Below are positions 49,594-58,616 of a stretch of 64,000 nt of DNA, one piece after another. This stretch comes from Candidatus Woesebacteria bacterium UBA5941 (GTDB lineage: Bacteria; Patescibacteriota; Microgenomatia; UBA8517). Each line of letters opens with the position of its first letter. The first letter of the stretch is position 1. Position numbers and translations under genes: made by a program. Where the stretch lies: the NCBI GenBank assembly GCA_002430735.1, contig DJCV01000008.1:3111-67110 (forward strand), in the 5' to 3' direction. The notes beneath the pieces are model-generated. The model made no database searches. It had not been told where the DNA came from and saw only the letters and a program-made list of their open reading frames with translations.

Positions 49594-50721
49594 TTATTTC
49601 TTTTTATTTCTCCAGATCACGCGGCTATACATGAAGTAGTTATACGGAAGCACTAAAAACGCGACGACGAATCCTAATACCAGAAAATCGTATTTCTCCC
49701 CAACCAAGCGGACTCCGAGCGGACCGAACACTGATTGAATAAGCAGTGCTCCGGCTGATGTTATATTAAACTCAATAAACTTCTTTGCAATTTCGCCGAG
49801 TCCTGAAATCTTTTTGTCCCTAAATGTCCAAATATTATTGAATGTAAAATTATTAACAATCGCTAATTCCGTAGACAAAAACCACGCCAAAACTTCGACA
49901 AACCCAATGGAACGAAAAACTCGAAGCAATACCAAGTTGATCAAAAACCCGGTAAATCCAACAACCGCAAATTTGAGCAATTTCTCGCTTGCTCTTAACC
50001 GAAGAAGCAGAACAACTTTGTATGTCGCAACCATTTCTTTCAAGCTGAATTTAGAGGTTTCCTCTTTTCGAGTACCAAATTCAATTGGTACTTCAACTGT
50101 TTTCTTTGCAAGTTTGACAGACTGATAAAACAAATCCACTTTAAACGCAAATCGATGTAATTCCATTAAATGATCAAGATCAATTTTATCGAGGACACCT
50201 TTTACGCGTGTTAAGCGAAATCCTGTTGTCGTGTCGTGTAATGATGGAAGAAATAACATTACGCGAGCAAATAAATTACCCCAATAACTCACAGCTTTTC
50301 GATGCCATGCCCACTCTTTTGGGATTGAACCTCCAGGAATATAGCGACTACCAATTACATAATCAGCACCTTCTGAATATGCATGGACAAGATCGGCAAC
50401 ATATTTTGGATTGTGTTGAAAGTCAGCATCCATCTCAATAGTTGCATCGGCTTTCAATTCGTGCATGGCGTGCTTCATTCCTCGAACGTATGCCATACCA
50501 AGACCCGCTTTTTGTCCAGATAATAAATGTACATTCTTGTGCTTTAGAGACGCCTTTTTCACAATATCACCAGTACCATCTGGTGAATTATCATCAACTA
50601 CGAGTAAATGCATTTCTACATTTTTAATCCGAGGGAACTCTTCATTGACAAGTACATCAATCATTCGAGAAATATTTGAAGCCTCGTTATACGTAGGGAT
50701 GATTACTACAATTTTACTCAT
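49594..50721 (-). CDS. DPM1/Ppm1-like polyprenol-phosphate mannosyltransferase fused to a GtrA flippase-like domain
   Basis: IPTYNE, VDDNSPDGTG, GLG.AY, MDADFQH, GSRY, D.TTGFR; C-terminal KFAVVG..NNF..NNIWTF GtrA pattern. Confidence 0.9.
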   Translation of the reverse strand: MSKIVVIIPTYNEASNISRMIDVLVNEEFPRIKNVEMHLLVVDDNSPDGTGDIVKKASLKHKNVHLLSGQKAGLGMAYVRGMKHAMHELKADATIEMDADFQHNPKYVADLVHAYSEGADYVIGSRYIPGGSIPKEWAWHRKAVSYWGNLFARVMLFLPSLHDTTTGFRLTRVKGVLDKIDLDHLMELHRFAFKVDLFYQSVKLAKKTVEVPIEFGTRKEETSKFSLKEMVATYKVVLLLRLRASEKLLKFAVVGFTGFLINLVLLRVFRSIGFVEVLAWFLSTELAIVNNFTFNNIWTFRDKKISGLGEIAKKFIEFNITSAGALLIQSVFGPLGVRLVGEKYDFLVLGFVVAFLVLPYNYFMYSRVIWRNKKK

Positions 50722-51302
50722 GGCATTATTGAAGTTGCCGCAGCAAAGAGCATTCCCTGTATTACAAATAGTGCAATCAATGGAACAACGAGAACGAAAA
50801 ACGCTTTTGTTTTGGTAATTTTATAGTGTACTGAGATACCAACAACGAGCAAGTATAAACTGTATAGTCCAAAAAACCCTCCAACGACTGGAATCCATCC
50901 GAACAATGAGAGAGGCGCTCGAGAATAAGTGAATGTTTTGTATGCGTTCCAATAAGTGCCTTTTAATCTACATACACGAAACCACAAATGAAGCGCTCCT
51001 GACCAAACAAATCCAAGCAAAACAACTAATATTGCAGATAAGAAGAATGCAGGCAATAATTCTAAAAACTGAGGTCTATCATCCGGACTAAATACACCCT
51101 GCAACTGGTTTTGAAACAATGGATAGAGAAGAGTAACCTCAAGTAACCCCATAACTGATGCAATAACAGATAAAACAATTGAATAGGTGAATGCTGGCTT
51201 CCACCCTTTTTCCTTCTCAATACCTTTATAAAAAGCAACAGGGGTTCTAAGAATGCTTTTTGTCTTCTCTACAAATTCTTTTGGGTCAAATGTTAACTCC
51301 AT
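50718..51302 (-). CDS. Yip1-family membrane protein
   Basis: ILRTP..FY, five TM segments, YS.AP..FGWIP. Confidence 0.75.
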   Translation of the reverse strand: MELTFDPKEFVEKTKSILRTPVAFYKGIEKEKGWKPAFTYSIVLSVIASVMGLLEVTLLYPLFQNQLQGVFSPDDRPQFLELLPAFFLSAILVVLLGFVWSGALHLWFRVCRLKGTYWNAYKTFTYSRAPLSLFGWIPVVGGFFGLYSLYLLVVGISVHYKITKTKAFFVLVVPLIALFVIQGMLFAAATSIMP

Positions 51303-51308
51303 ACGCTA

Positions 51309-51356
51309 ATTGTATGGCAAATTCCCAAAGTGTCAAAGAGAGAAGTTCGGTATACT
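51309..51356. promoter_or_regulatory. Divergent leaderless-type promoters for the Yip1 operon and trmD
   Basis: Minus: TTGACA-N16-TACAAT-N6-ATG(51302); plus: TATACT-N6-ATG(51363). Confidence 0.7.
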
Positions 51357-51362
51357 AGCAGT

Positions 51363-52061
51363 ATGAAGATTGATATCCTAAGTCTATTTCCTAAAATGTT
51401 TACAGGTCCTTTTGATGACTCGCTCATGGCACGTGCACAAGCAAAGAAGCTTGTAACAATCACTATTCACGATTTACGACAATTTGGTCTTGATGAGAGA
51501 AAAACCATAGATGACAGACCGTACGGAGGAGGCGTCGGCATGCTTATGATGATTGAGCCAATTGAGAAAGCGATTCACAAACTTACTAAAAGAAAGTTAC
51601 TCTCCAACCCGTTCCGGAAAAAGAAAACTCGTGTAATATTGCTGACTCCGAGAGGAAAGAGATTTACTCAAGAAAAAGCTCAGGAATTATCAAAGCTTGA
51701 TCACTTAATCTTAATTTCAGGAAGATACGAAGGATTCGATGAGCGCATCCATGATCACCTCGTAGATGAAGAGTTGTCCATTGGTGACTATATACTCATG
51801 GGCGGAGAACTTCCGGCAATGGTTGTTACGGAAACGGTTGTCCGCCTCGTTCCTGGGGTAATACAAAAGGAGGATGCAACTAAATATGAAAGTTTTAGTG
51901 ATCCAAGATTGCTTGAAGCCCCTCAATACACCCGGCCCGAAAATTACAAAGGATGGAAAGTACCATCTGTATTATTAACTGGCGATCACAAAAAAATTAA
52001 TGAGTGGAAGAAAAAAATGGCACAGGAGAAAACTTCAAAAAACAGACCAGATCTTATTTAG
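51363..52061 (+). CDS. trmD: tRNA (guanine37-N1)-methyltransferase
   Basis: MKIDILSLFP, DDRPYGGG.GM, GRYEGFDER, SIGDYIL.GGE, PQYTRP. Confidence 0.98.
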   Translation: MKIDILSLFPKMFTGPFDDSLMARAQAKKLVTITIHDLRQFGLDERKTIDDRPYGGGVGMLMMIEPIEKAIHKLTKRKLLSNPFRKKKTRVILLTPRGKRFTQEKAQELSKLDHLILISGRYEGFDERIHDHLVDEELSIGDYILMGGELPAMVVTETVVRLVPGVIQKEDATKYESFSDPRLLEAPQYTRPENYKGWKVPSVLLTGDHKKINEWKKKMAQEKTSKNRPDLI

Positions 52062-53892
52062 ACTCTAGATTTTGGTAAATAACTTGCAAAAGTATTGATC
52101 GAAGTTTCATCCCTCCACGATTACTTTGTAAGAAATTGATTTCATTCTGTGCCTTTTCGGGATCTGTATATGAAATATATGCGAGTAGTAAATCTCCCCA
52201 CTCATGAGACACGGGGTTTCCATCGCGGTAAATATCATTCACGACTGCGTCATAGTTGGTGAATGATGATAAGTATTGAGAGGCGGGCGTAATTGGAAGG
52301 AACTGAATTCCGTATATGTGCATTTTCTCTCCACTAAACCATGTTGCAAAATCTCTTTTCCCACTCCAAACAAGTGATGCCATTGGGTGTGCATACCCAG
52401 CAGGGAAAGGATTATTGTTTCCAAACCAGTATGTTTTTGTTCCTAACAACTCTTGTGAAAAAAGCCAGTATGCCAAGTCTTCTAATTCTGTGTCACCTGT
52501 AACAACAGCCCACTGTTGAAGTGCATACCATGCGTTCAATGCTTCACTCGTTGATTCTTGATTGTTACCATCACCGAAGTTTGCTTGACCATCGGCCCAC
52601 GAATGACTTTCGTACGGTGAAAAGTTGCGGAGATACGGATGCCGTTTACTTGCTCTATCAGTTTCAGCGATGTCATGAATCATTTCTAGTATTTGCTTAT
52701 CGAGCCAATTGGCTGATTCTGGTTTTTCGCGTCTCACGATAGCTGCTGCGCGAATATAATATGCCCAATGAAAATGGTGATCATTTCCATTCTCATGTCC
52801 AAACTCAGGGTTATTTGCAATCAACATTTTCTTTTCATCAGAATAAGTCAGTTCTTGTAACTGCCTTCGCAAAATGTCTTCAATTTTCGCAAGAAGTAAC
52901 TGTTTAGATTCATCTTTCTTGTAGAGTTGCGCAATCTGAAATGCTGAAGACAATGCACCCAGATATGTTCCTTTAAAGTACACTCCAGGTGGTTCCTGCT
53001 CAAGCAATATTGCCTCAGTATCTTTTTCTAAAGCCTCGATAATTTCTTCTCTATATGTAGTATTTGAAATTTCCAAGAACGTATTCTTTAAGACCGGCTT
53101 GGGCGCAGTAACAGTAAAGCTATCAGCAATTATTAACTGTAAAGTTCCAAGGGCTGAATTATAAGAACCAATAAATGGAGGCTTTTCAATGATAGCCGTT
53201 TGGTGGTGCGGCATGATCGCAATTGGGGTAGTCTTTTTGTTTTCAGTCACAAAACGTAATGTTGTATTAACAGTCGTCTTGTCTACCGCTCGATCAGCTG
53301 CTGTAAATTCTATTGGATCCCATGGTATGTTTGTTAAGCTCGTACGTTCAAATTCAGGCTCGATTGGGAAAATGGTTAATCTGAACTTTCCAGGTTCAAA
53401 AGTTTGTAACGCATATCTAGTTTGTGCCGCAGCATCGCATGATAATTGAACACCCTCAAACTGTTCCATGAACAGAAATGGCGATCCTAAAGTCATTCGG
53501 ACAAAACCTTCCGTTCCATTTGCAAGACTTATTTTCAGCAGCGTAGACCAATCTGAATAATTGACTATCTCAGTCTTTGAAATATCAGAACCAAACACTA
53601 ACGTACATTCAGATGAACCAGACCCATATACAGTCCTTTCTACTGCTTTGACTTCAGGGATTGAAACAACAACACCTTTCTTCTCTAGTTTATAAATACC
53701 TGGAAAAGCAAACACATTAGCACTAGGGAAGGAATACAAACTACTCATCCATGAGTTTGTTCGTTTAGGCTGGTTCCTATGAATTTCCACTGTTGAAGTA
53801 GAGGGTGTATTTGCTTTCGGAGTTAAACCAACACTGGCAATGACGCCGACAAGCAATGTTGCAATACCTAGTAGCATTACTTTTTTAATCAC
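52054..53892 (-). CDS. Secreted or membrane-anchored GH81 endo-1,3-beta-glucanase
   Basis: N-terminal hydrophobic segment; TNSWMSS, NDHHFHWAY, RNFSPYESHSWADG, NQESTSEA, GIQFLP. Confidence 0.9.
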   Translation of the reverse strand: MIKKVMLLGIATLLVGVIASVGLTPKANTPSTSTVEIHRNQPKRTNSWMSSLYSFPSANVFAFPGIYKLEKKGVVVSIPEVKAVERTVYGSGSSECTLVFGSDISKTEIVNYSDWSTLLKISLANGTEGFVRMTLGSPFLFMEQFEGVQLSCDAAAQTRYALQTFEPGKFRLTIFPIEPEFERTSLTNIPWDPIEFTAADRAVDKTTVNTTLRFVTENKKTTPIAIMPHHQTAIIEKPPFIGSYNSALGTLQLIIADSFTVTAPKPVLKNTFLEISNTTYREEIIEALEKDTEAILLEQEPPGVYFKGTYLGALSSAFQIAQLYKKDESKQLLLAKIEDILRRQLQELTYSDEKKMLIANNPEFGHENGNDHHFHWAYYIRAAAIVRREKPESANWLDKQILEMIHDIAETDRASKRHPYLRNFSPYESHSWADGQANFGDGNNQESTSEALNAWYALQQWAVVTGDTELEDLAYWLFSQELLGTKTYWFGNNNPFPAGYAHPMASLVWSGKRDFATWFSGEKMHIYGIQFLPITPASQYLSSFTNYDAVVNDIYRDGNPVSHEWGDLLLAYISYTDPEKAQNEINFLQSNRGGMKLRSILLQVIYQNLESK

Positions 53893-54643
53893 GAATAATA
53901 AGTTTGTTCCAGAAATCAGTCAGGGTGTCTGCTGGTCTTTTTGCAGTAGTGTTCTCAACCCATTTAACGTCTAAAATTTCCCCATTTAAAAAAGCTGACC
54001 CTTCCCCTTCATCGACAAAGCCAAATAACAATTCGTAATTCAGCTCTCCTCCAGGATTTACCCCATCGACTTTGCTAATCCCGATATAACGAACTGTATA
54101 AGTTAAGCCAAGTCTTGTACTCAAGGCTTCAAACGACTTGGCATGCTCAATTTCACTTAGACGATGAGCAGGCAATACAGTTTTTAACTTTACATCCTTA
54201 TCTGCAAAAATAACTGCCACTTTTGAGTTTTGCGCTAAATTGCTTCCAACACTCACATTTATCGAATCTACAACCCCATCTCTCGGGGCTCTAATTTCAA
54301 GAAGCTTTACGTTATTTTTTAAGACTTCAGCTTCAGTTTGTGCAGATAAATTTTCTGAGGAAAACTGACTTAATGTGCTTAATCTACTTTCTAGTAACTC
54401 ATCTCTCAATCTTACAAGGACATCTCCTTCTTTTATTGATTGGCCGCTATTGACCATCACCTCTTCTACGGTTCCAGCAACCGCGTTAGATACTATTAGT
54501 TCATCTTTATTGATAGTTAATGAAAATTGATTAGCGTTTAGTCGCAATGAGTTAGTTTTGCGAGCGAGTGACAACCCTGCAACTGCAAAAACTGCGATGA
54601 ATACGACAACAAGATATATTGTGTTTAGGATTGTCTTTCTCAT
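53885..54643 (-). CDS. HlyD-like membrane fusion (adaptor) protein
   Basis: N-terminal TM; split lipoyl motifs AGTVEEVMVNSGQSIKEGDVL and IRAPRDGVV..GS flanking a short helical hairpin. Confidence 0.82.
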   Translation of the reverse strand: MRKTILNTIYLVVVFIAVFAVAGLSLARKTNSLRLNANQFSLTINKDELIVSNAVAGTVEEVMVNSGQSIKEGDVLVRLRDELLESRLSTLSQFSSENLSAQTEAEVLKNNVKLLEIRAPRDGVVDSINVSVGSNLAQNSKVAVIFADKDVKLKTVLPAHRLSEIEHAKSFEALSTRLGLTYTVRYIGISKVDGVNPGGELNYELLFGFVDEGEGSAFLNGEILDVKWVENTTAKRPADTLTDFWNKLIIRD

Positions 54644-56142
54644 ATATTATTTAGTATTGCATTTTTACGTTCACCATTTATGAACAGTACTAATAAATAC
54701 ATGTTCCATGCAGCCAGTGCAGAATAGAAAACAGTAGCCCAAAAGTCTATTGGATTATACCATCCCATAATCAAGCTCAGTATTGTCAGTGCAATTAAGA
54801 AGACGTGTGGCCAGAGCCACTTCATAATTGGGTCAGATTTCTTTTTCTTGGCAGCAGTAGCAACCCATTCGTTTCGGCTACCCCGCATTACAGCTACAAG
54901 GGCTAAAATATATGGATAAAATGAAGCTAGTGATACTGAAATTGTCGAAATTCTAATCTTACCTAACAATAGCCAGCTTAGAAGATAGTACATCGAAACG
55001 TAAGGTAAATAGTGTATCAGCCAGACTGCAGAACTATTTGCATTTAGTGGCTTAATTTCGAATAGAAGATAAATGATCGGAAATAAAAGATATGCCAGTA
55101 TCGTGATAGAAACGAAATAGTATGAGTTTGATAAAAAGTACTGAAGCTTCTGATCAAGTGTCAGGTGGATTGATGCAAGTGGATTTCGCTCAAAAAACAT
55201 GGATAGCCCTCCGGTAGCCCAACGAAGCTGCTGCTTGAAGTAACTTTCAATTCTATCAGGGGCCATTCCTTCAGCAAGTATCTCGTTCACAAAAATTGTT
55301 TTTAAACCTAACTCATGCAATTTATATGACGTCCAGATGTCTTCTGAATGTGAAACCTGTGCGATACCCCCAATTTTATCAATAGCGCTCCTCCTGAAAA
55401 TCATATTTGTTCCGACACAGAAAGCTGAGTTGCTCAGGTTTTTGGCTGGGCAAACATACTTATAAAAAATTTCTTGGGCCTGAGAAGTACCTTCAGCGAT
55501 AAAATTATGTGTGTTTGTGAAATATTGAGGGGACTGAACCATGGCTACCTCAGGGTCTGACATATATGGTATTAATTTCTTAATAAAGTTGCTCTTCGGA
55601 ACTTGATCTGCATCAAGAATCACAAAAAAATCGGCATCACTTGCGATACGTAAACCGTTATTAACATTGCCCGCTTTTGCAAACTTGTTGCTTTCGCGAG
55701 ATACGTATCCAATAGATAACTCATCACACATTCTTTTTATTTCAGCAGAGTTACCATCATCTAAAATAAAAACCTTATGGTGATAGTCGATATTCTTAGC
55801 AGCAATTGCTGTTTTCAAAACAATGTTTGCAGGCTCACCCGCAACAGTTACTAGGACATCAACAGTCGGCTTCGTTTTCATAAAGGATTTGTTTTTCAGA
55901 AGATTAGTTGAGTTATGATGTTTAGGTACAAGAACATCAAAAAGGATAGTAAACCACAAACCCATGATCGAAAATATGCCAATGAAATCAGAGATTAATA
56001 GAAAAACATACAAAATAGGATTATCTGCGTTTACTGGATTAAATGCATAGCTCATATATAACCCAACTGCAGCAGGCGCCATAAACAGGAAAAGGATTGT
56101 AGTATTTGATAGGTGCTTTGCTTTTAAAATTAATTTTTCCAT
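54640..56142 (-). CDS. Processive GT2 glucan synthase (BcsA/CrdS/BgsA-like), no PilZ (start MEKLIL)
   Basis: LDDG, KAGNVN, LDAD, VQSPQYF, FCVGT, SED, QQLRW; 2 N-terminal and several C-terminal TM segments. Confidence 0.9.
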   Translation of the reverse strand: MEKLILKAKHLSNTTILFLFMAPAAVGLYMSYAFNPVNADNPILYVFLLISDFIGIFSIMGLWFTILFDVLVPKHHNSTNLLKNKSFMKTKPTVDVLVTVAGEPANIVLKTAIAAKNIDYHHKVFILDDGNSAEIKRMCDELSIGYVSRESNKFAKAGNVNNGLRIASDADFFVILDADQVPKSNFIKKLIPYMSDPEVAMVQSPQYFTNTHNFIAEGTSQAQEIFYKYVCPAKNLSNSAFCVGTNMIFRRSAIDKIGGIAQVSHSEDIWTSYKLHELGLKTIFVNEILAEGMAPDRIESYFKQQLRWATGGLSMFFERNPLASIHLTLDQKLQYFLSNSYYFVSITILAYLLFPIIYLLFEIKPLNANSSAVWLIHYLPYVSMYYLLSWLLLGKIRISTISVSLASFYPYILALVAVMRGSRNEWVATAAKKKKSDPIMKWLWPHVFLIALTILSLIMGWYNPIDFWATVFYSALAAWNMYLLVLFINGERKNAILNNI

Positions 56143-58097
56143 AGGTGTTTTATAAACTGTACGGTAGATATTGAGAGCAATACTCCAAGACCAAGAAATT
56201 GTAATGGCCAGTACCAAACTGGCCAGTTGTTGGTCAATGTTACTTCGGTACCATTAAAGTTTGTTAAATCTACTTTCATATAATTAATACTAGTTGGTTG
56301 TATCTTCAGATTGGGATTACTGATAACCCAATTTGAATCATAGTTCTGCATTATTAATAGTATCGGATGGGAAAATTGTGAAGCAGACCCAAGCGAAGAA
56401 AGTTCTAAAATATTTGTGTCCTTGAATTCTAGGTTTACCGGGACTATTTTGGCCGAACGAACTAACTTAGCATATGTTGATACTTGCTGATCCCATTGTG
56501 TATATGTGTCAGCGTTTAGAGTTGGAGTTGAGAGCTTCACATTTTCTATATTAGAAAGATCCTCAGATTCAACTAAAAAAGCATATGAGATGGGCTGCTT
56601 ATTTTGAATAATAGAATAAGATTTATTGTTACCCTCAAGTCTGTCTACAACCGTAAATATGTCTGGTGCGTTAGTAACAATCTCAACAAGTCGCGAGTTT
56701 GTAGGAAGAACTAAATATTCAACACCCTCGACTGCAAGATAGTCCTTAATAAGTTCCATCTTCTTTTCGGATAATCCCGTGTAGGCACCTTCCTCTGCCA
56801 TTAAGCCGGAGAACCGCAGAGATAACGGGCTTGGTAAAAGATGTGTGTTATACGACCCTGCCATTCTTACGTTTGGTTCAAAATAACTTGCTTCGGAATC
56901 ATTACTATAGAAAACGCTTCCTTTTATTTCTTTATCGTGAAAATAAGTAACCGGGCTTATGACGTTGTTTGTAGGAAGTGAACCAAAATCACTAGCAACC
57001 TGAACTGCGTTTACACTAACGATCCCCAGGAACACAGCAACAAGTGTTAGAAATTTAATTGATTTTTTGTCTACAAATAACCTATCTATAACAAAAGCAA
57101 AACTTACTATTAACAATATGCCGACATAATACATCCCACGAGTGAACTGGGTTTGATATATAAAACCAGGCAAATATCCTTTTGTTGCAAAAATGACAGC
57201 TAAAATATAAACGATACAGAAAGAGAGAATAATTTTCGGCTGATCTGGTATGGTTTTCCACCGCAACACACAAATTCCAATCGATAACACTAGCAGCATC
57301 ATGATTGGCAAACTGAGTCCATAATAATCGCCAACCACAGCATTAAAAGCGAAAGTCACAGAGGTCAAATACGGGTTAGAAAACTTGACCGGCACAATTA
57401 AGTAATTAATAAAAAATGAAGAAGCAGCTATTAAGCTTACTCCAGCGGAGTATAGTCCTGTTTTTGAAAATAATTTTTTATAGAAAAGAAGTGAAAAGAA
57501 ATGCAAACCAAACATTACAATACCCAAGACAGGATGAAGGCTCCAAGAGTAACCAGCAATTGCGCTTAAAAGGATCCACTGCTTGTTCGCTGACTTCGTT
57601 AGGTAAAAGGATAAGTATAGTAACAGATAAACAGCAGGAAAAAAGATTGTATATTCTTTCACAGCAGCCCACTCTTGGGATATGTTAAACGACAAGATGG
57701 TTACACACAAAGCAACTATGGCGGAAATATTGAAAACTCTTAACATTGCGTAGAGAACAACTCGCAATGAAATAAAAATAAAAGCAGTAGAAATGAGAAT
57801 AGCTTGCGAAGCAGATATCTTTAAGAAAATTGTGAGCACTGCAGCTGTAACATGTGGAATGTACTGATATAGTCGCCAGTAATTGATCCCATTCGCCCAG
57901 ATGTGATCCCATGAGACTATTCCATGCTCAAGTATCGAACGCACGCGAAAAGCTTGATATATCCAATCCTGGTAGCCTGTGGCCAAATAATTGTACTTAC
58001 TATACTGTCCAATTAAAAAATAACCCATTGCGACAATTGCAAACAAGAACAACACTTCAACTATTAAAACTATGTATTTGTTGAAGAAATTTTTCAT
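56130..58097 (-). CDS. Polytopic membrane protein, YfhO/GT-C-like
   Basis: QDW..Q after TM1, W...W..G...YQ, many TM segments, QFTR, large external domain ending NYDSNW plus a final TM. Confidence 0.6.
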   Translation of the reverse strand: MKNFFNKYIVLIVEVLFLFAIVAMGYFLIGQYSKYNYLATGYQDWIYQAFRVRSILEHGIVSWDHIWANGINYWRLYQYIPHVTAAVLTIFLKISASQAILISTAFIFISLRVVLYAMLRVFNISAIVALCVTILSFNISQEWAAVKEYTIFFPAVYLLLYLSFYLTKSANKQWILLSAIAGYSWSLHPVLGIVMFGLHFFSLLFYKKLFSKTGLYSAGVSLIAASSFFINYLIVPVKFSNPYLTSVTFAFNAVVGDYYGLSLPIMMLLVLSIGICVLRWKTIPDQPKIILSFCIVYILAVIFATKGYLPGFIYQTQFTRGMYYVGILLIVSFAFVIDRLFVDKKSIKFLTLVAVFLGIVSVNAVQVASDFGSLPTNNVISPVTYFHDKEIKGSVFYSNDSEASYFEPNVRMAGSYNTHLLPSPLSLRFSGLMAEEGAYTGLSEKKMELIKDYLAVEGVEYLVLPTNSRLVEIVTNAPDIFTVVDRLEGNNKSYSIIQNKQPISYAFLVESEDLSNIENVKLSTPTLNADTYTQWDQQVSTYAKLVRSAKIVPVNLEFKDTNILELSSLGSASQFSHPILLIMQNYDSNWVISNPNLKIQPTSINYMKVDLTNFNGTEVTLTNNWPVWYWPLQFLGLGVLLSISTVQFIKHLWKN

Positions 58098-58190
58098 AAA
58101 CGAATTAAATTCTATGGGATTTCAGAAGTGTTTTTCAATGGGCATATAACTAAGTCAAATTATTTAGAAACGAATGTTGGGGTAGATTAA

Positions 58191-58436
58191 TTAATATGCA
58201 CGAACTGTCTTCTTCATCTTTTTCGAAACTCTTGTTGTTCCAACTGCGATTCCACTTACAGCAATGAGTATTAATAAAAGTCCACCTCGGTCCTCAGAAA
58301 ATGAGTCTGCAATACTGTATGACTGACTTGTTACAGATGCAGCTTCGTTTGTAATCTCCTGACTGTAAACAGTTTGAGGCAGAGCCAAGAAAAGGATGAG
58401 TAAATATGGTAAGAAAATGGTAAGAATTTTTTTCAT
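58191..58436 (-). CDS. Small exported, C-terminally anchored protein
   Basis: Signal peptide (VYS|Q), short S/T/acidic segment, GG, TM, basic tail. Confidence 0.7.
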   Translation of the reverse strand: MKKILTIFLPYLLILFLALPQTVYSQEITNEAASVTSQSYSIADSFSEDRGGLLLILIAVSGIAVGTTRVSKKMKKTVRAY

Positions 58437-58616
58437 GAATTGTCTTTACTTTGGTTTACAACAATTAAAAGTGAGTGCACACTATACCAGAAAATGAGGT
58501 TAATTTCAAATCTATAGGATTTGTCTTTAAATATTAAAACTAATAAAAATATCAGTTTCTTTAATTGAATTAGTAAATACTTGGGCTTTACAAGGATGTT
58601 ATAATGAGAATCTACG

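Noticed and set aside
54640-56142. Calling the synthase bcsA (cellulose)
   Set aside because: No PilZ, BcsB, BcsC or GH8, and the partner hydrolase is GH81; linkage cannot be fixed from sequence
3864-56217. Long N-terminal extensions and large overlaps in the ORF track (e.g. 4838, 19214, 25386, 43465, 56217)
   Set aside because: Downstream ATGs coupled to upstream stops or -10 boxes give family-typical N-termini
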